A stretch of DNA of 54,052 nt from Macrostomum lignano (Eukaryota), in the NCBI GenBank assembly GCA_002269645.1, contig NIVC01004229.1:1-54052 (forward strand). The letters are read 5' to 3'. The notes beneath the pieces were generated by a model, which saw only the letters and a program-made list of their open reading frames with translations, made no database searches and was not told the origin of the DNA. The position numbers were made by a program, and so were the translations under genes. This document shows, piece by piece, positions 23,209 through 36,822 of the stretch (positions within the stretch are counted from its first letter, which is position 1; each line of letters begins with the position of its first letter).

Positions 23209-26050
23209 TTAACGACCGCCCCTGATTCCCAGAAAGATCATGAGCACGAGCACAACGTCGATGTACAGTTGCAGAGCGCCGAACACGTACTCCTCTTCTG
23301 ACAGTCCGTAGTTCGAATTGCCAATCACGTGATGCGTATCGGCAACCAGACATACAACCAGAAGCAGCGCGATCAAACCGCCATAGACGCAGTCAAGTAT
23401 CCTGGTTGTCACCGGATCCAAGCTGCTCCTCCTGTACACCAGAATAGTTATGAGACACGAGACGCCAAACATAGCGAACACAAGGCCTGTGGAGTAGATT
23501 AGGCTGGCGAGCAGAGAGAACTCGACTCGGCTCTGCAGGACGAACAGCGTGACACCGACGCAAACGGCTCCGGTGATGCCAACGGACACCAGGACAGCGT
23601 TGCTAGAGGTAAATGCTGCCTGGTTTTTGTGGGTATTGAAATGCGCTGTGTGAAATTAAAATTCAGATTCAATCTGCATTAAATGAGATGCGGCACATGC
23701 AACTTTGTCAGGCAGGGTAACTCGATCTACATGTAAGTGTCAAAAGGCCTACAGGCCACTACTTGCACTTGCACATGTACGTCATTCATTGATAAATCAG
23801 AATCTTTTGAGAAAGCCAAACATTTTCATAGAAATGTACTACGATGATTTCGTCAAGGAAGGAATTCTGTGCAATTGAGAGAAGTGACTTAGGGTTACGA
23901 CTCTGTACGTCTATACTTTGACAGGCCGTTTTCAGATCTTAAATGACACTCGACCTTCAGCCAGGGAGAAGGCAAGCAGTCCTGTTAACAACGCTGACTC
24001 CTGACCATACAATCACACGGATGCATACGCAGACAGACGTTCACGCAAGATGTATCGTACGAGTACAGCTTGCTTCCTGTCTGCACACCCGGGCACTCTG
24101 TGCCTTAGGGGGGGGGTGGCTTCAAGGGACGACTTCAGTAGAATTCTGGTCAACTTCTTAGGCTCATAGAGTGAACTTGCCCGACGATGAGAGCCAGGGC
24201 CGCTCTACACCCTGTAAGAGTGTTCGTGTGCAAGCGACTAACTAACTACGAGTACAATTGGGAAAGAGGCTACTTCACAGGAATCTATATTCGATTTTGA
24301 GCTTTTCTTCTCGCCTGTCTGACTGAATTACTTTTTTATTTTGCCCGTGTCACACCTCGATGGCCGTTTCATTCTTATCAGTAGAAACTTTTCCGCTGCT
24401 CAGATAATACGAACAGTTTAAACTGACGAAAGTCACAGAGCTACAGGCGAAACGGTAAAAGTGCCAGTTAGAATGACTGCACGATGGCATTTCGTGTGCT
24501 TTTTCATGCTTTACGTACGGGAATTAAAAGTGCAGGAGTAAAAACATTTCACCAACCGTTGGGGGGGGGGGGCACAGGCGTTTTCTGCTTACGAGATTAA
24601 TCTCTCTGGTGAATCATAATATAATAAATACATGTATTTGCAAGAATGCTGTGAGCACCCTAGCTGAACAGGAGCGCAACCAAGAGACAGAAGCACCAAC
24701 CAAGAGACAGGAGCGCCAACCAAGAGACAGGGTCACCAACCAAGAGACAGGAGCGCCAACCAAGAGACAGGGTCACCAACCAAGAGACAGGAGCGCCAAC
24801 CAAGAGACAGGAGCGCCAACCAAGAGACAGGGTCACCAACCAAGAGACAGGGGCGCCAACCAAGAGACAGGGGCGCCAACCGAAGAGACAGGGGCGCCAA
24901 CCAAGAGACAGGGCCGCCAACCGAAGAGACAGGAGCGCCAACCAAGAGACAGGAGCGCCAACCAAGAGACAGGGTCACCAACCAAGAGACAGGGCGCCAA
25001 CCAAGAGACAGGGGCGCCAACCAAGAGACAGGGGAGACAACCAAGAGACGGGCGCCAACCAAGAGACAGAAGCACCAACCAAGAGACAGGGGCGCCAACC
25101 AAGAGACAGGAGCGCCAACCAAGAGACAGGGAGCGCCAACAAGAGACAGGGTCACCAACCAAGAGACAGGGGCGCCAACCAAGAGACAGGGGCGCCAACC
25201 GAAGAGACAGGGGCGCCAACCAAGAGACAGGGCCGCCAACCGAAGAGACAGGAGCGCCAACCAAGAGACAGGAGCGCCAACCAAGAGACAGGGTCACCAA
25301 CAAGAGACAGGGCGCCAACCAAGAGACAGGGGCGCCAACCAAGAGACAGGGGAGACAACCAAGAGACGGGCGCCAACCAAGAGACAGAAGCACCAACCAA
25401 GAGACAGGGCGCCAACAAGAGACAGGAGCGCCAACCAAGAGACAGGAGCGCCAACCAAGAGACAGGGACGCGCACAGAATCAAACCACTGATCGAGGCAC
25501 AAGAATCTACCTCTGGCCTGCCTCTGCCCCCCCCCCTCCCCGGCATCATCAGAACGCTACATATATCTCATACAGACAAAACACTCACCAAAGTCGACGC
25601 CATGGCAGTCATGGCCAGCGTGAAAATAAACAGAGCTATCATATTGCCAGGAGTCTCCCGGCGCAGCCTGGTGGAGCACATCAGGCCGATGTACACCGCA
25701 GTGAACACGGCCAAAGAGGCGTAGAAAATCCACAAATTGCTGCGAATTGCCTCGGCTACGGGCGCCCACAGAGCTGTCAGCAACACGCAGCCGAAGGTGA
25801 ACGCCAGCTGGGCAGTAAGAATCAGGTAGACTTTGCGAATGAAGCCGCGCCTAACAGAGGCTTCGTCCAGATTGCGAACCGTGAATCCGACGTGCACGGC
25901 TGTCTCCTCCTCAGTGGTCAGGTTCGGAGTGTCGTGAACATAGCTTGGGTTCACAACGCCAGTTCCTCCGGGCGTTTCGCTGTATGGAGGCGGCGGCGGT
26001 GGCGGCGGCTGCAAATCCTTGGCTTTCGGGTCGTACACGCTGGTGTCCAT
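23209..26050 (-). CDS. Lifeguard/TMBIM (Bax inhibitor-1 superfamily) membrane protein, 290 aa, 2 coding exons (26050-25589, 23619-23209)
   Basis: VRRGFIRKVYLILTAQL, RRETPGNMIAL, GITGAVC, ADTH and LSEEEYVFGALQLYIDVV are Lifeguard-type motifs; phase-0 GT-AG join TTG|GCA; a 5' UTR intron 26184-26078 has canonical ends. Confidence 0.92.
24668..25466. repeat. 20-bp intronic minisatellite (CCAACCAAGAGACAGGGGCG) x~40
   Basis: In the TMBIM intron, ~120 nt from the donor. Confidence 0.95.
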
Positions 26051-26391
26051 GCTAGGTAAAGTACGAATTCGGTACACCTGAATTGGATGGGAGCGTATTC
26101 CTGTATTTATAATCAACTGGCTGGGAGCTCCGATTAAGGATAAACAAAACAAGCTAAGGTTATTCTACAGCTAAAATAACTCACCTAGTCCTATACAGGT
26201 ATACTTTTTGATTACAATTGTTTCTCAATTAGAAAGAGGAGTCGCTTTTTGCTGCATGGAACAGGCCAAATTGAGCGAAGATATACATGTAGAAACAGCC
26301 ACCAGTCATGCAAGATAAGATAGAGGCCTGCGCATGTATGTACATATGCTTATACATTAATTTGATAATGCACAATTTAAACTAAAGTTCA

Positions 26392-26810
26392 AAACATGTA
26401 CAACAGGAGGGTCTCGATCACCGCCTGGAACAACGTCGCCCTCTGGCGGTCAGGCAGGGCCTCGGAGTGCAGGACAGCCCTCACGGAATGGAAGGCAGCC
26501 CAGGCAAGTCCACGGCGATGTCGCAGGTCCTTGCAAACGTCAGGCACCAGACCACCGAGATAGACAAACTGCTGACAGTTCGGAAGTTTTGTCACCTGCC
26601 CGTCAGTGCCTCGGTAGAAAATCACACCCTCGATTTCGTCTGGCACGCAGAGCACGACGGTCTTCGTCTACGTGTTGACCACCAGGCCGACGCTCGCCAC
26701 AATGCCCACCAGCCGGTCCAGCTAGCGCTGGGCGCCGTCGACGGTCGAGAACAACAGGGCGAGATCGTCGGCGCAGCCAAGTACCAAATCCGAGACCTGG
26801 ACTCTGACGG
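26392..26810 (-). pseudogene. Non-LTR (RTE/L2-like) reverse transcriptase remnant
   Basis: GCADDLALLF (YADD box), VGLVVN.*TKTV, CQQFVYLGG, RRGLAWAAF, LFQAVIETLLLY; contains stop codons. Confidence 0.8.
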
Positions 26811-27825
26811 AATTGCTCGAACAGCAGGGCGATGCGGCGCACGCTGGCCTGCTGCGCGCGGCCTTCAAGATCGGCTACAAGCGAGTCACCAATGACTCTA
26901 CCACCGCACCGGCCTGTCCCGTCCAAGTGAACTGTTGCGTCATCGGCGACTCCGCTATAGCAGGCCACATCATCCTAGAGCTACTGCCCGCAGCCGGTGC
27001 AGGAGGTGCTGTTGCTGATGCTGCAGGTATCCTATAACCAGCGGGGACCGTACCGGTGCACTGCTGACGCCGGCGCCCCGGACACTGCCGGCGGTGCGGC
27101 CTACCTTCGCGCCCAGCCAGCCCTGAAACCCGCCTTGTGAGATTATCTTTGCCTTTTTTTGACTTGCTAGACTGCATGGCTGACAATGTATTTTTGTTTG
27201 TGTTAACAATACATCTAAATCACAATGTTGAAAACCAAACTTAACTACATGTATACTCAGTCGCTGAAATAAAACCAATAATATCAATTTGCCATCAGAT
27301 TATTTTTTGGACAAATTATAAAGGAAAACAAAACGTAATTCACTCAAGCAAATAAACTAACGAAAGGGAACTATAAGACTTCATGAACAAAAGTATAAAA
27401 GTGATATCGAGCAAAATACGGCGGTAATTATATTGTTACGTTATTGGCGTAGAGGCTATGACCCTTAGAAGGGCCGTTTTACGAGAGTTGTCGTAAGTCG
27501 TAGTCCCAAAATGAATCGAGTAGGTCTTGATAAGCGGATTGTGTAGCGGAGCACTTGGCATACAAGGCAGGTAACTGCCGTAGTTGTTTTATTGTTGAGA
27601 TCAATATTCAAATTTGGTTAATGCTAATACAGAACTTATTGTGCTTTTGGGACACTGGCGGCTGCAACAATGGTTTTGAATTGAAGGTGAATTAGAAATT
27701 GTAGTCGGGTGGTAGGCGAGTGATGCAAGGCGATGCAACGTGGTGAGTAACGGCGATGAGCACAGCAGTGGCAGAGGCGTAGTGGTGAGATTGGCGCTAG
27801 CCGTGGCAGACAGGCTGGCCCAGAC

Positions 27826-29452
27826 GGGATAGCGACGTTTGCCTGCGGGACGTTTGCTAGCCGACGTTTGCCTGCGGGACGTTTGCCAGCCGACATTTGC
27901 CAGCCGACGTTTGCCAGTGGGACGTTTGCCAGCCGAAGTTTGCCTGCCGGACGTTTGCCAGCCGACGTTTGCCTGCGGGACGTTTGCCAGCCGACATTTG
28001 CCAGCCGACGTTTGCCAGCGGGACGTTTGCCAGCCGAAGTTTGCCTGCCGGACGTTTGCCTGCCGAATGTTTGCCAGCCGACGTTTGCCTGCCGGAAGTT
28101 TGCCAGCCAAAATTTGCTAGCCAATATAAAGTCAGTCAGTGAAAAATTTGATACTGAAACATTCGCAGTTTAGCGGTTTGACAAAAACCGTTTTTACTCC
28201 AACTTTTTGACGGTTATTCGCATGTATACAAGTTTGAAAGCAAAATATATAAATTATGCAGTTCATCAGTCTAAAGTCTAATATCTAGTTTAACAACGAT
28301 TTTGGCACAACATATCAAAAGATGAACATTGGGTTTGCCTCGTATGAAAGCAATAACAATTGTTGTGCTGAAAAGATGAAAACTTCCTATCTCCCTATGG
28401 CCTTCAAAACATTTTTCATAGATTTAGAGTGCTGCGTACTTCTACTTTGGTAGTCCTTGGCATGACTAAGCTTTGCATACGTAGTGTCTAGCGCTTGCTA
28501 TTCTACTAGCTTGCTACTGGCGGCTTGTCTGGCTATTCAGCTATATAGCTTACTATAAAAACGTACCGCATTCGACTCGTCTACACATGTACGTTGAGAT
28601 CGCTGTTTCCTTGCTTACTTGAGTAGTAATACAACAGCATTGGAATCAATTTGCTTACTTTTAGATCTCCCAATGAACTGAGAAATATATGAGCCAGAAT
28701 TACCGCTCAGCAGCTCTTTTTGTTTGCCTCATAACTTAATCGCTGGAGATTCCCGTTGTAATCTGCGCGCCTTCTTTCGCACATCAAAAATCAAACATCT
28801 CAAACTGGGAAAAACGATACACAATTGTCAAAAGTAAACAATATTTTCACATTCAAAGAAAATCGTTGTTAAACTGGATATTAGATGTAAATCTATATAA
28901 ATTGCATAATTTATATAGATTTTGCATAAATTTCATAATTTATAGATTTTGCTTTCAAACTTGTATATATGCGAATAACCGTCAAAAAGTTGGAGTAAAA
29001 ACGGTTTTTGTCAAACCGTTTTGTCAAGCGAATGTTTCAGTATCAAATTTTTCACTGACTGGCTTTATATTGGCTAGCAAATTTTGGCTGGCAAACTTCC
29101 GGCAGGCAAGCGTCGGCTGGCAAACGTCGGCTGGCAAACATCCGGCAGGCAAACGTCGGCTGGCAAATGTCGGCTGGCAAACATCCGACTGGCAAACGTC
29201 CCGCTGGCAAACGTCGGCTGGCAAATGTCAACTGGCAAATGTCGGCTGGCAAACGTCGGCTGGCAAACGTCGGCTGGCAAACGTCGGCTGGCAAACGTCC
29301 CGCAGGCAAACGTCCGGCAGGCAAACTTCGGCTGGCAAACGTCCCGCTGGCAAACGTCGGCTGGCAAACGTCGGCTGGCAAATGTCGGCTGGCAAACGTC
29401 CCGCAGGCAAACGTCGGCTGGCAAACGTCCCGCAGGCAAACGTCGTAGACCC
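27826..29452. mobile_element. Foldback/MULE-like non-autonomous DNA transposon, 1627 bp
   Basis: 9-bp TSD GGCCCAGAC (27817-27825, 29453-29461); GGG...CCC termini; inverted arms ~27826-28295 and ~28862-29452, each an outer 14/15-bp tandem array (GACGTTTGCCAGCC) plus ~190 bp of unique sequence. Confidence 0.88.
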
Positions 29453-30985
29453 GGCCCAGACAGAGGAGCCGTGGCGAGAGATAAGGAGGCTCGAGACAGA
29501 AGGCAGGAGAAGGAAAACAAGAGCCGCGAAGTGAGGAGGCCCTCAGCCCGCCGCCAGGCGGGGGTTAATAAAGAGCGCAAAAGGGGGTAGCGTAAAACAC
29601 GGAGAGTTTTCATTGGCTGGCGAGAGAACTTGAAATTATCGATCGTGCCAAAATTCACAGATGAGCGCAAGGCCTACCAAATACACAGTGAATTAGCAGT
29701 TGATACAGATTATTTGCACGCTACTATAAGTAAACGTTAAAATAAACTATTGGAGAAATTAAAATGAGAAATTGCAAGGGAAACTATAGTCCAACGGCCC
29801 TTTTGCGGGACCATTTAAACTAGCAACGTCACAATATTATGGCTCGTAAAGTACATATGTAGATGTCACCTGAGTGAACAAAATGCACTTATGCATGTTA
29901 CATTCTTAGTCTGAAAATGAATGTGGCATAAATACATACGCGTATACATGTAAAACTTCTAAAAAAACCTATGTAACCCTACTATATAATAGCAATTGAG
30001 GCTCTCTCGTCCACAACTCTCATCGTCAGAACTACATATGTATAGTATCATAATCCTCTGGATATGGTTTCTTTCTACAAAACATTCTACAAAATTTCTC
30101 CCAAGCAAGTGCGTTCACCATTAGTCAGTTCAGAATTTTATTAATGTGATCGAGAGTCTGGGTGCTGTACGTGGGAACCACGCCGATAAGAAATTCCTCG
30201 GAGCCTGGAGCTTAAATCTGACACACTTTCAAGAATTATGCAGACTGTTTAAAACAAAAATAACCGTAATATATTTGATAGTAGACTAAAAATTTTATTC
30301 TTAGCGTCACAAGTAACGTTAATTAGTTAAAATATTTTTATGTTACTCTATTAAAAGAAGCAATTTCCAATAAATGTCACCATTGAATATAATATCTTCG
30401 CGTAGATTTAAATAAAAACTACGCTTGCATTTTATACATAATTTTTATTGCTTTTTAGTGTATTTAACTTTATTATTGTTTTTATTTAAGTAATTTAAAT
30501 AATCTATCTTTCAATTTTGCGCAATATTTCTTTAGATTATCCACTTTTAGCTATTTGCGAGGCAATATTGAATGTCTTTTTAAACTAATATTGGAATTAA
30601 AGTGAATAAAGTCAACATTATCGCAATAGTAATTTAGCTAGATCATAAATTAAACCAGGTGATTATGTTTGCCTTTTATTTTTTCTCTGATATCTTAAGC
30701 TTTTTTCTGATCTTAAAATCGTTTAATTAAAAGTTCTTCTAGCTATATTTAAATTAGTAATCATTTGAAATTTGTTTAGCGGTACTGCATATTAGTTTTA
30801 AGTTATTTAATCGATAAATCAGTTTCAGATGGATTACTCAGTCGGCGAAGATTTCTACCTTCGCGGCAAAAAGAATGAAATTGTGTAAGCTGTTTCTTTA
30901 TAATTTTTCTTTTCTCTCAAAAAAACTTCCAAGCAAATTTTACCTCTTGTACCGGCAGTGAGCACTCGGGCAAGCTGCTCACCAG

Positions 30986-33265
30986 CTCCGACCTGACTCT
31001 GAAATCGCCGGTACCGCGCGTGCTGACGCGCCACAAATCGCCATTGAATCGTCGACATCGGCGCTCCACGGAGGGCCTCAGCGGCCGCTGGCTGGCACCA
31101 CCTGCGGCGCCAAAACTTGGGGGTGGCGGCGCCCAACGCCAGCTGAGGTGGCGGCCAAAGCGGCGGAGGTGGCCGAATCCGCTGGCCGCCATCCGCAGCT
31201 CCTCAGCGGAGGCCGCCAGAAGTGGCACCGCGGCGACGACCTGCTGCCAACGGCTGGCGACCGCTGGTTCCTCGGCGGCCGTGGGCCGCACCTCTGCGAT
31301 GAAGAGCCATTTGGTTGGCCCGCCGACGCCTCCGGCCGGGTATGGCTGGACAGACCGGACAGTGTCCGGCACCAGCATGGTGAGAGTCACTGAGTTTAGA
31401 CAGTTGGAAGCAGAATCATAATGGGAAGATTTGAAGAGAGAAAGGGGAAAATTGTGGGTGATAGAACCATGAAGTCCCAGTGAAGAGTGGTTGATAAGTC
31501 GCTGAGAAGATACGGATCAAGGACCACTAGAAGTTACCGTTGTGTCAGGACGTAACACTCGTAAATATTGCAAAATTATTTGATGGCTCGCTTGCTTACG
31601 CGTATTCAGGAATTCTTGCCTTCAAAAAAGCATTCTATATTCGATAGTTTTATACTAGCGTAGAAACTTGTACTGGCTTTGTGCCACAGAAACTCCACAA
31701 TAGGTGTGGGTGTATACATAATCGGTTAAGGCTTTAACCTGTTATCAGTAGGAATACCAAGCCATTTTTCGCCCCTCAAACTACCAAGGGGGGACCCTAA
31801 GGCGTCGGGGTGCTGACGGAATGCTTGAGAGACCAGCTGAGGATGTCCAGCAGTTGAGGCTTGCCCACTGCCGAGGCTTGATCAGCGAAACTCGAGAAAT
31901 TCGCATCAGGGTGTCCATAGTCACCTGGTGCCACCTGTTGAAGGTCCAGAAGCTCCGTCCGGGTAAAGGCCAGTGACCAACGAAGTCAGAACTGATGCAG
32001 ACACATGTGGTCGGCGTGCTGATGAAATTTGGAGGCTTGGCAAGGCTGCACTGAAGTGCAGTGCTGATTGGCGCTTATTGAAAAAATCCGACCTTAAGGC
32101 GGAATCCTTGAATATCTCGACAGTCCAGTCGGCTGGCGACTTGATTCTTGTTTGAGAAGAAGTTTTGCTCCGTTCTGGCGAAGCAAAAAAATTGTCAGGG
32201 GAAGGGAGTTCACCTGGCCTGCGTCACCTTAACTTTGCGTCAAGTGGTCCCTAATTCGGGACATTCAGAGGCCACCTGTCCTTTCCATTGCAGCCGTCCT
32301 GCACTGCCTGTCGCCCTCCTCGGTGACCACTGAGGCGGCCAGGCATCATCTGGATGGAGTGCGATTCGATGAGTCCCTGCTGATGGACGCTCAGCGGCAG
32401 CTGGAGCTGGAGAGGACCGGCCCGCCTAGGGACAAGTGGTGAGTCATTAGCGGCATGATGCTTACATTGCTACTTTAAGTAGCGATTTTATCGGCTGGAA
32501 AATGAACAAAAAATGTAAATTGGAAAAAGCTTGTTCAATTTCGCATAAAGTGTTTTAGCGACTTATCTTTGTTTACTCAGTTTACTTCTGGTCTCCTTAA
32601 AGTTCGGTCATGATGTTTCGGTCATAATGAAAATTCGGTCATAAATGACAGTTTAGGTTCCTAGCGGAATGGGCGACACTTGCCTCCACGCTGTGTCTAT
32701 GGACCACCCTGCAGCTGAGCTATTTCGGTCCTAATGACATTTCGGTCATAGCAATTACTTCGGTCGTAGCAATATTTCGGTCATGGCGATACTTCGGTCA
32801 TAACTGTACTTCGGTCATAGAAATACTTCGGTCATAGCAATATTTCGGTCATAATGCTTTTTCGGTCATAGCAATATTTCGGTCATAGCAATACTTCGGT
32901 CATAGCAATACTTCGGTCATAGAAATACTTCGGTCATAGCAATATTTCGGTCATAATGCTTTTTCGGTCATAGCAATATTTCGGTCATAAGGAGTGATGT
33001 TTCGGTCATAATGCTTACGGTGCTTGCAACCATGTCAGCAACAATTTTCTCATGGTTTTGGCCAAACCCCCGCTAAAACCCCAGGTACACCCTGAAGTCG
33101 CCGCTGTTCAGCCTGGAGGCGCGGCGCCACAACCGCCTGCTGGCTGCCGGCCTGGCCGACGCCAATTTTGGCGCCGATTTTCGGCGCTACCGGCGCGACC
33201 TGCTCGACCAATCGGAGGACTTCAGGCGCGCCCTGATTGGACGGCACCCTGCTGGGATTTACTGA
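30986..33265 (+). CDS. Candidate spliced gene of unknown function: exons ~30986-31379, 32294-32438, 33085-33265
   Basis: Donors |GTGAGA (31380) and |GTGAGT (32439); acceptors TTGCAG| and CCCCAG|; phases 1 and 2 join to ...RHQHAVLHCLSPSSVTTEAARHHLDGVRFDESLLMDAQRQLELERTGPPRDKWYTLKSPLFSLEARRHNRLLAAGL...GIY*; AATAAA at 33518. The start is unresolved. Confidence 0.55.
32600..33015. repeat. ~17-bp intronic minisatellite (CGGTCATAGCAATATTT)
   Basis: Lies between exons 2 and 3 of the candidate gene. Confidence 0.9.
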
Positions 33266-33609
33266 TGGACCAGTTGGATTCCAGGATGGAACTTGTGTCC
33301 GAAGTTACTGCTTTTGTTTTCTTAATGCTACTGCAAGTAGTGTATCAAAGCATTCTAGTGCAAAGGAAATATTTGTTGAAATCTGTTAAAGTTATTTGTA
33401 GTTATTTTTGTGTGCGCGCAGATTATAACTTTTTATAGCCCATGCTAATAACTTGATAATTGTATTAATAGCGTGTGCCTTTTTAACTGTTGTGGGCTCG
33501 TTTCAGAGCTGTAGCTAAATAAACTTGACAATTTTGTGTCAAAAGTATTTTAATAATATGAGACTAAAACTGACTCATCCTCGGAGTTCCAGCTTTCAAT
33601 CCTTTGCTT

Positions 33610-34096
<487 letters not shown>

Positions 34097-34629
34097 CAGC
34101 AGCATGCGGAGCCCAGCAATTTCCTTTCTCTGAAGGCCAAAAGCAGGCAGGTGCGATAAATTATAGATATGCCCAGCAAATATGCTGAGCAAAGCTGCAC
34201 AATTCGGATGGAAACTGCTCAACTGCTGAGTTCAGCTATGCTGACTCGAATTATCGCTGGGTGTTTGCTCTGAGAGAAGGGGGAGAGCTGAGCACACAGT
34301 CTACGCAGTTCTCAGTATTCCTCCCACTTCCTCTCCGCTCCCGCCTGAGTCTGCCGCTGCAGTTATTACGGCGAGCAAAGATTTATCAGCCACCGCAACA
34401 GGCGTTGCACACCCAGTTGGCTTCATCACTGAGCGGGATTTGTTCAACCCCCCCCCCCACCGGGGTATCTGTATGAAATGCACGAGGAATAGAAATTACC
34501 TTTTTTCTACACTGGCTTTGTTCAGAATTAATTGTTCTTTTTTTCTGCGCCTGATAAAAATAGATGCTTACTGCTTTTGAAATTGAACACTCGATCGGCA
34601 CTTAGTAATCTAGTTTGTCACTCAATCTT

Positions 34630-35245
34630 TTTTTTTATATTCAATCATCTTTTTGGCTACTCAATCATCCATTTGGCCACTCAGTCATCTATTTTGTCAC
34701 TCAGTCATCTATTTTGTCACTCAATCATCTATTTTCTCACTCAATCATCCATTTGGCCACTCAATCATCTATTTGGCCATTCAATCATCCATTTGGCCAC
34801 TCAGTCATCCATTTTGTCACTCAATCATCTATTTTCTCACTCAATCATCCATTTGGCCACTCAATCATCTATTTGGCCATTCAATCATCCATTTGGCCAC
34901 TCAGTCATCCATTTTGTCACTCAATCATTGATTTTGTCACTCAGTCATCTATTTGGCCACTCAGTCATCTATTTGACCACTCAGTCATTTATTTGGCCAC
35001 TCAGTCATCTATTTGGCCACTCAGTCCTCTATTTGGCCACTCAGTCATCTATTTGGCCACTCAGTCATCTATTTGGCCACTCATTCATCTATTTGGCCAC
35101 TCAGTCATCTATTTGACCACTCAGTCATTTATTTGGCCACTCAGTCATCTATTTGGCCACTCAGTCCTCTATTTGGCCACTCAGTCATCTATTTGGCCAC
35201 TCAGTCATCTATTTGGCCACTCAGTCATCTATTTGGCCACTCACT
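34630..35245. repeat. 20-bp minisatellite (ATTTGGCCACTCAGTCATCT) x~30
   Basis: Read directly from the sequence. Confidence 0.95.
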
Positions 35246-36044
35246 CATAATATACTTCATCTATTCACTGATCCTTGCATTTTATCACACAGTTCGGCTC
35301 TCATAAATCTATTTTTAAACTCAAGAAAGAAAGAAAATTTAAGCCAACTGCAGATTAGAACTAATCAATTTTGCAGACAATTTTTGTACATCGAGTGCGG
35401 TGCCTGGTGGCAGCTAAGCCAGTCACTATCTCAGATATATTTAGATCTTGGTGAGCGGGACCTCCATGAAAAAAATATATATATATAGTATAGAAAATAG
35501 AAAGCACTAAAATTCACACACAGGCCTGCCTATAGCGTGTATGACAGTTTCCCGAAATCGAACTCCCCAATATCCTTCCTGTATTTATCTCTCCCTCCCT
35601 CCAATTGCTTAATACAGATCCCAGCAAATCCCAAACCCCTGGTGAGGAAATTTTGCGGGAATTCGAGGCTGGGGAAGCAGCGGAACAGACCAGGGATAGG
35701 ATCGGGGTCAGTTAAGGTCAATTTAACCGAATTTGCAGATTCCCTGCCAGATGTGTAGTCTGCATGAACGCAATATTAGCAGCGAAGTGGATTTTCATTC
35801 CAGACAAATTAACTATAGCTATATGCATTTTAAAAGCCCATCTGTCCCATGCTTCAAGCAGTCAAAGCGAAACTCAAAACTACACAGCTTTTTGCAGTCC
35901 GCGCAGGCAGAACCACCCTGCCCTCATTTGTCCAACAAGCAGTTCAAATTGTCGCGTTTCACATGAATAATGATCGAGTGAATTAATAGAGGTCAAGGAG
36001 GCCGTTAACTAGAAGTTGGAGTTACACACTGCGATGCATACAGA

Positions 36045-36822
36045 ACCAGGGGCTTTAGCACCAGGGGCTTTAGCACCAGGGGCTTTAGCACCAGGGGCTT
36101 TAGCACCAGGGCCTTTAGCACCAGGGGCTTTAGCACCAGGGGCTTTAGCACCAGGGGCTTTAGCACCAGGGGCTTTAGCACCAGGGGCTTTAGCACCAGG
36201 GGCTTTAGCACCAGGGGCTTTAGCACCAGGGCCTTTAGCACCAGGGGCTTTAGCACCAGGGCCTTTAGCACCAGGGGCTTTAGCACCAGGGGCTTTAGCA
36301 CCAGGGGCTTTAGCACCAGGGGCTTTAGCACCAGGGGCTTTAGCACCAGGGGCTTTAGCACCAGGGGCTTTAGCACCAGGGGCTTTAGCACCAGGGGCTT
36401 TAGCACCAGGGGCTTTAGCACCAGGGGCTTTAGCACCAGGGGCTTTAGCACCAGGGGCTTTAGCACCAGGGGCTTTAGCACCAGGGGCTTTAGCACCAGG
36501 GGCTTTAGCACCAGGGGCTTTAGCACCAGGGGCTTTAGCACCAGGGGCTTTAGCACCAGGGGCTTTAGCACCAGGGGCTTTAGCACCAGGGGCTTTAGCA
36601 CCAGGGGCTTTAGCACCAGGGGCTTTAGCACCAGGGGCTTTAGCACCAGGGGCTTTAGCACCAGGGGCTTTAGCACCAGGGGCTTTAGCACCAGGGGCTT
36701 TAGCACCAGGGGCTTTAGCACCAGGGGCTTTAGCACCAGGTGGCTTTAGCACCAGGGGCTTTAGCACCAGGTTGCTTTAGCACCAGGGGCTTTAGCACCA
36801 GGGCCGCCAGCACCAGGGGCTC
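36045..36822. repeat. 15-bp highly homogeneous minisatellite (ACCAGGGGCTTTAGC) x~51
   Basis: Read directly from the sequence; only a few GGGCC or GGTGGC variants. Confidence 0.97.

Noticed and set aside
26875-27186. ORFs upstream of the LINE RT remnant as endonuclease
   Set aside because: No APE or RT motifs recognised; only the RT C-terminal part is supported.
31790-32290. GC-rich segment with a protein-like - strand frame (LAFTRTELLDLQQVAPGDYGHPD...)
   Set aside because: No start, convincing splice sites or recognisable homology.
36005-36780. ORFs (LKPLV)n, (GAKAP)n, (PGALA)n resembling elastomeric proteins
   Set aside because: No synonymous variation among units; open in several frames on both strands, as expected of a 15-bp satellite.
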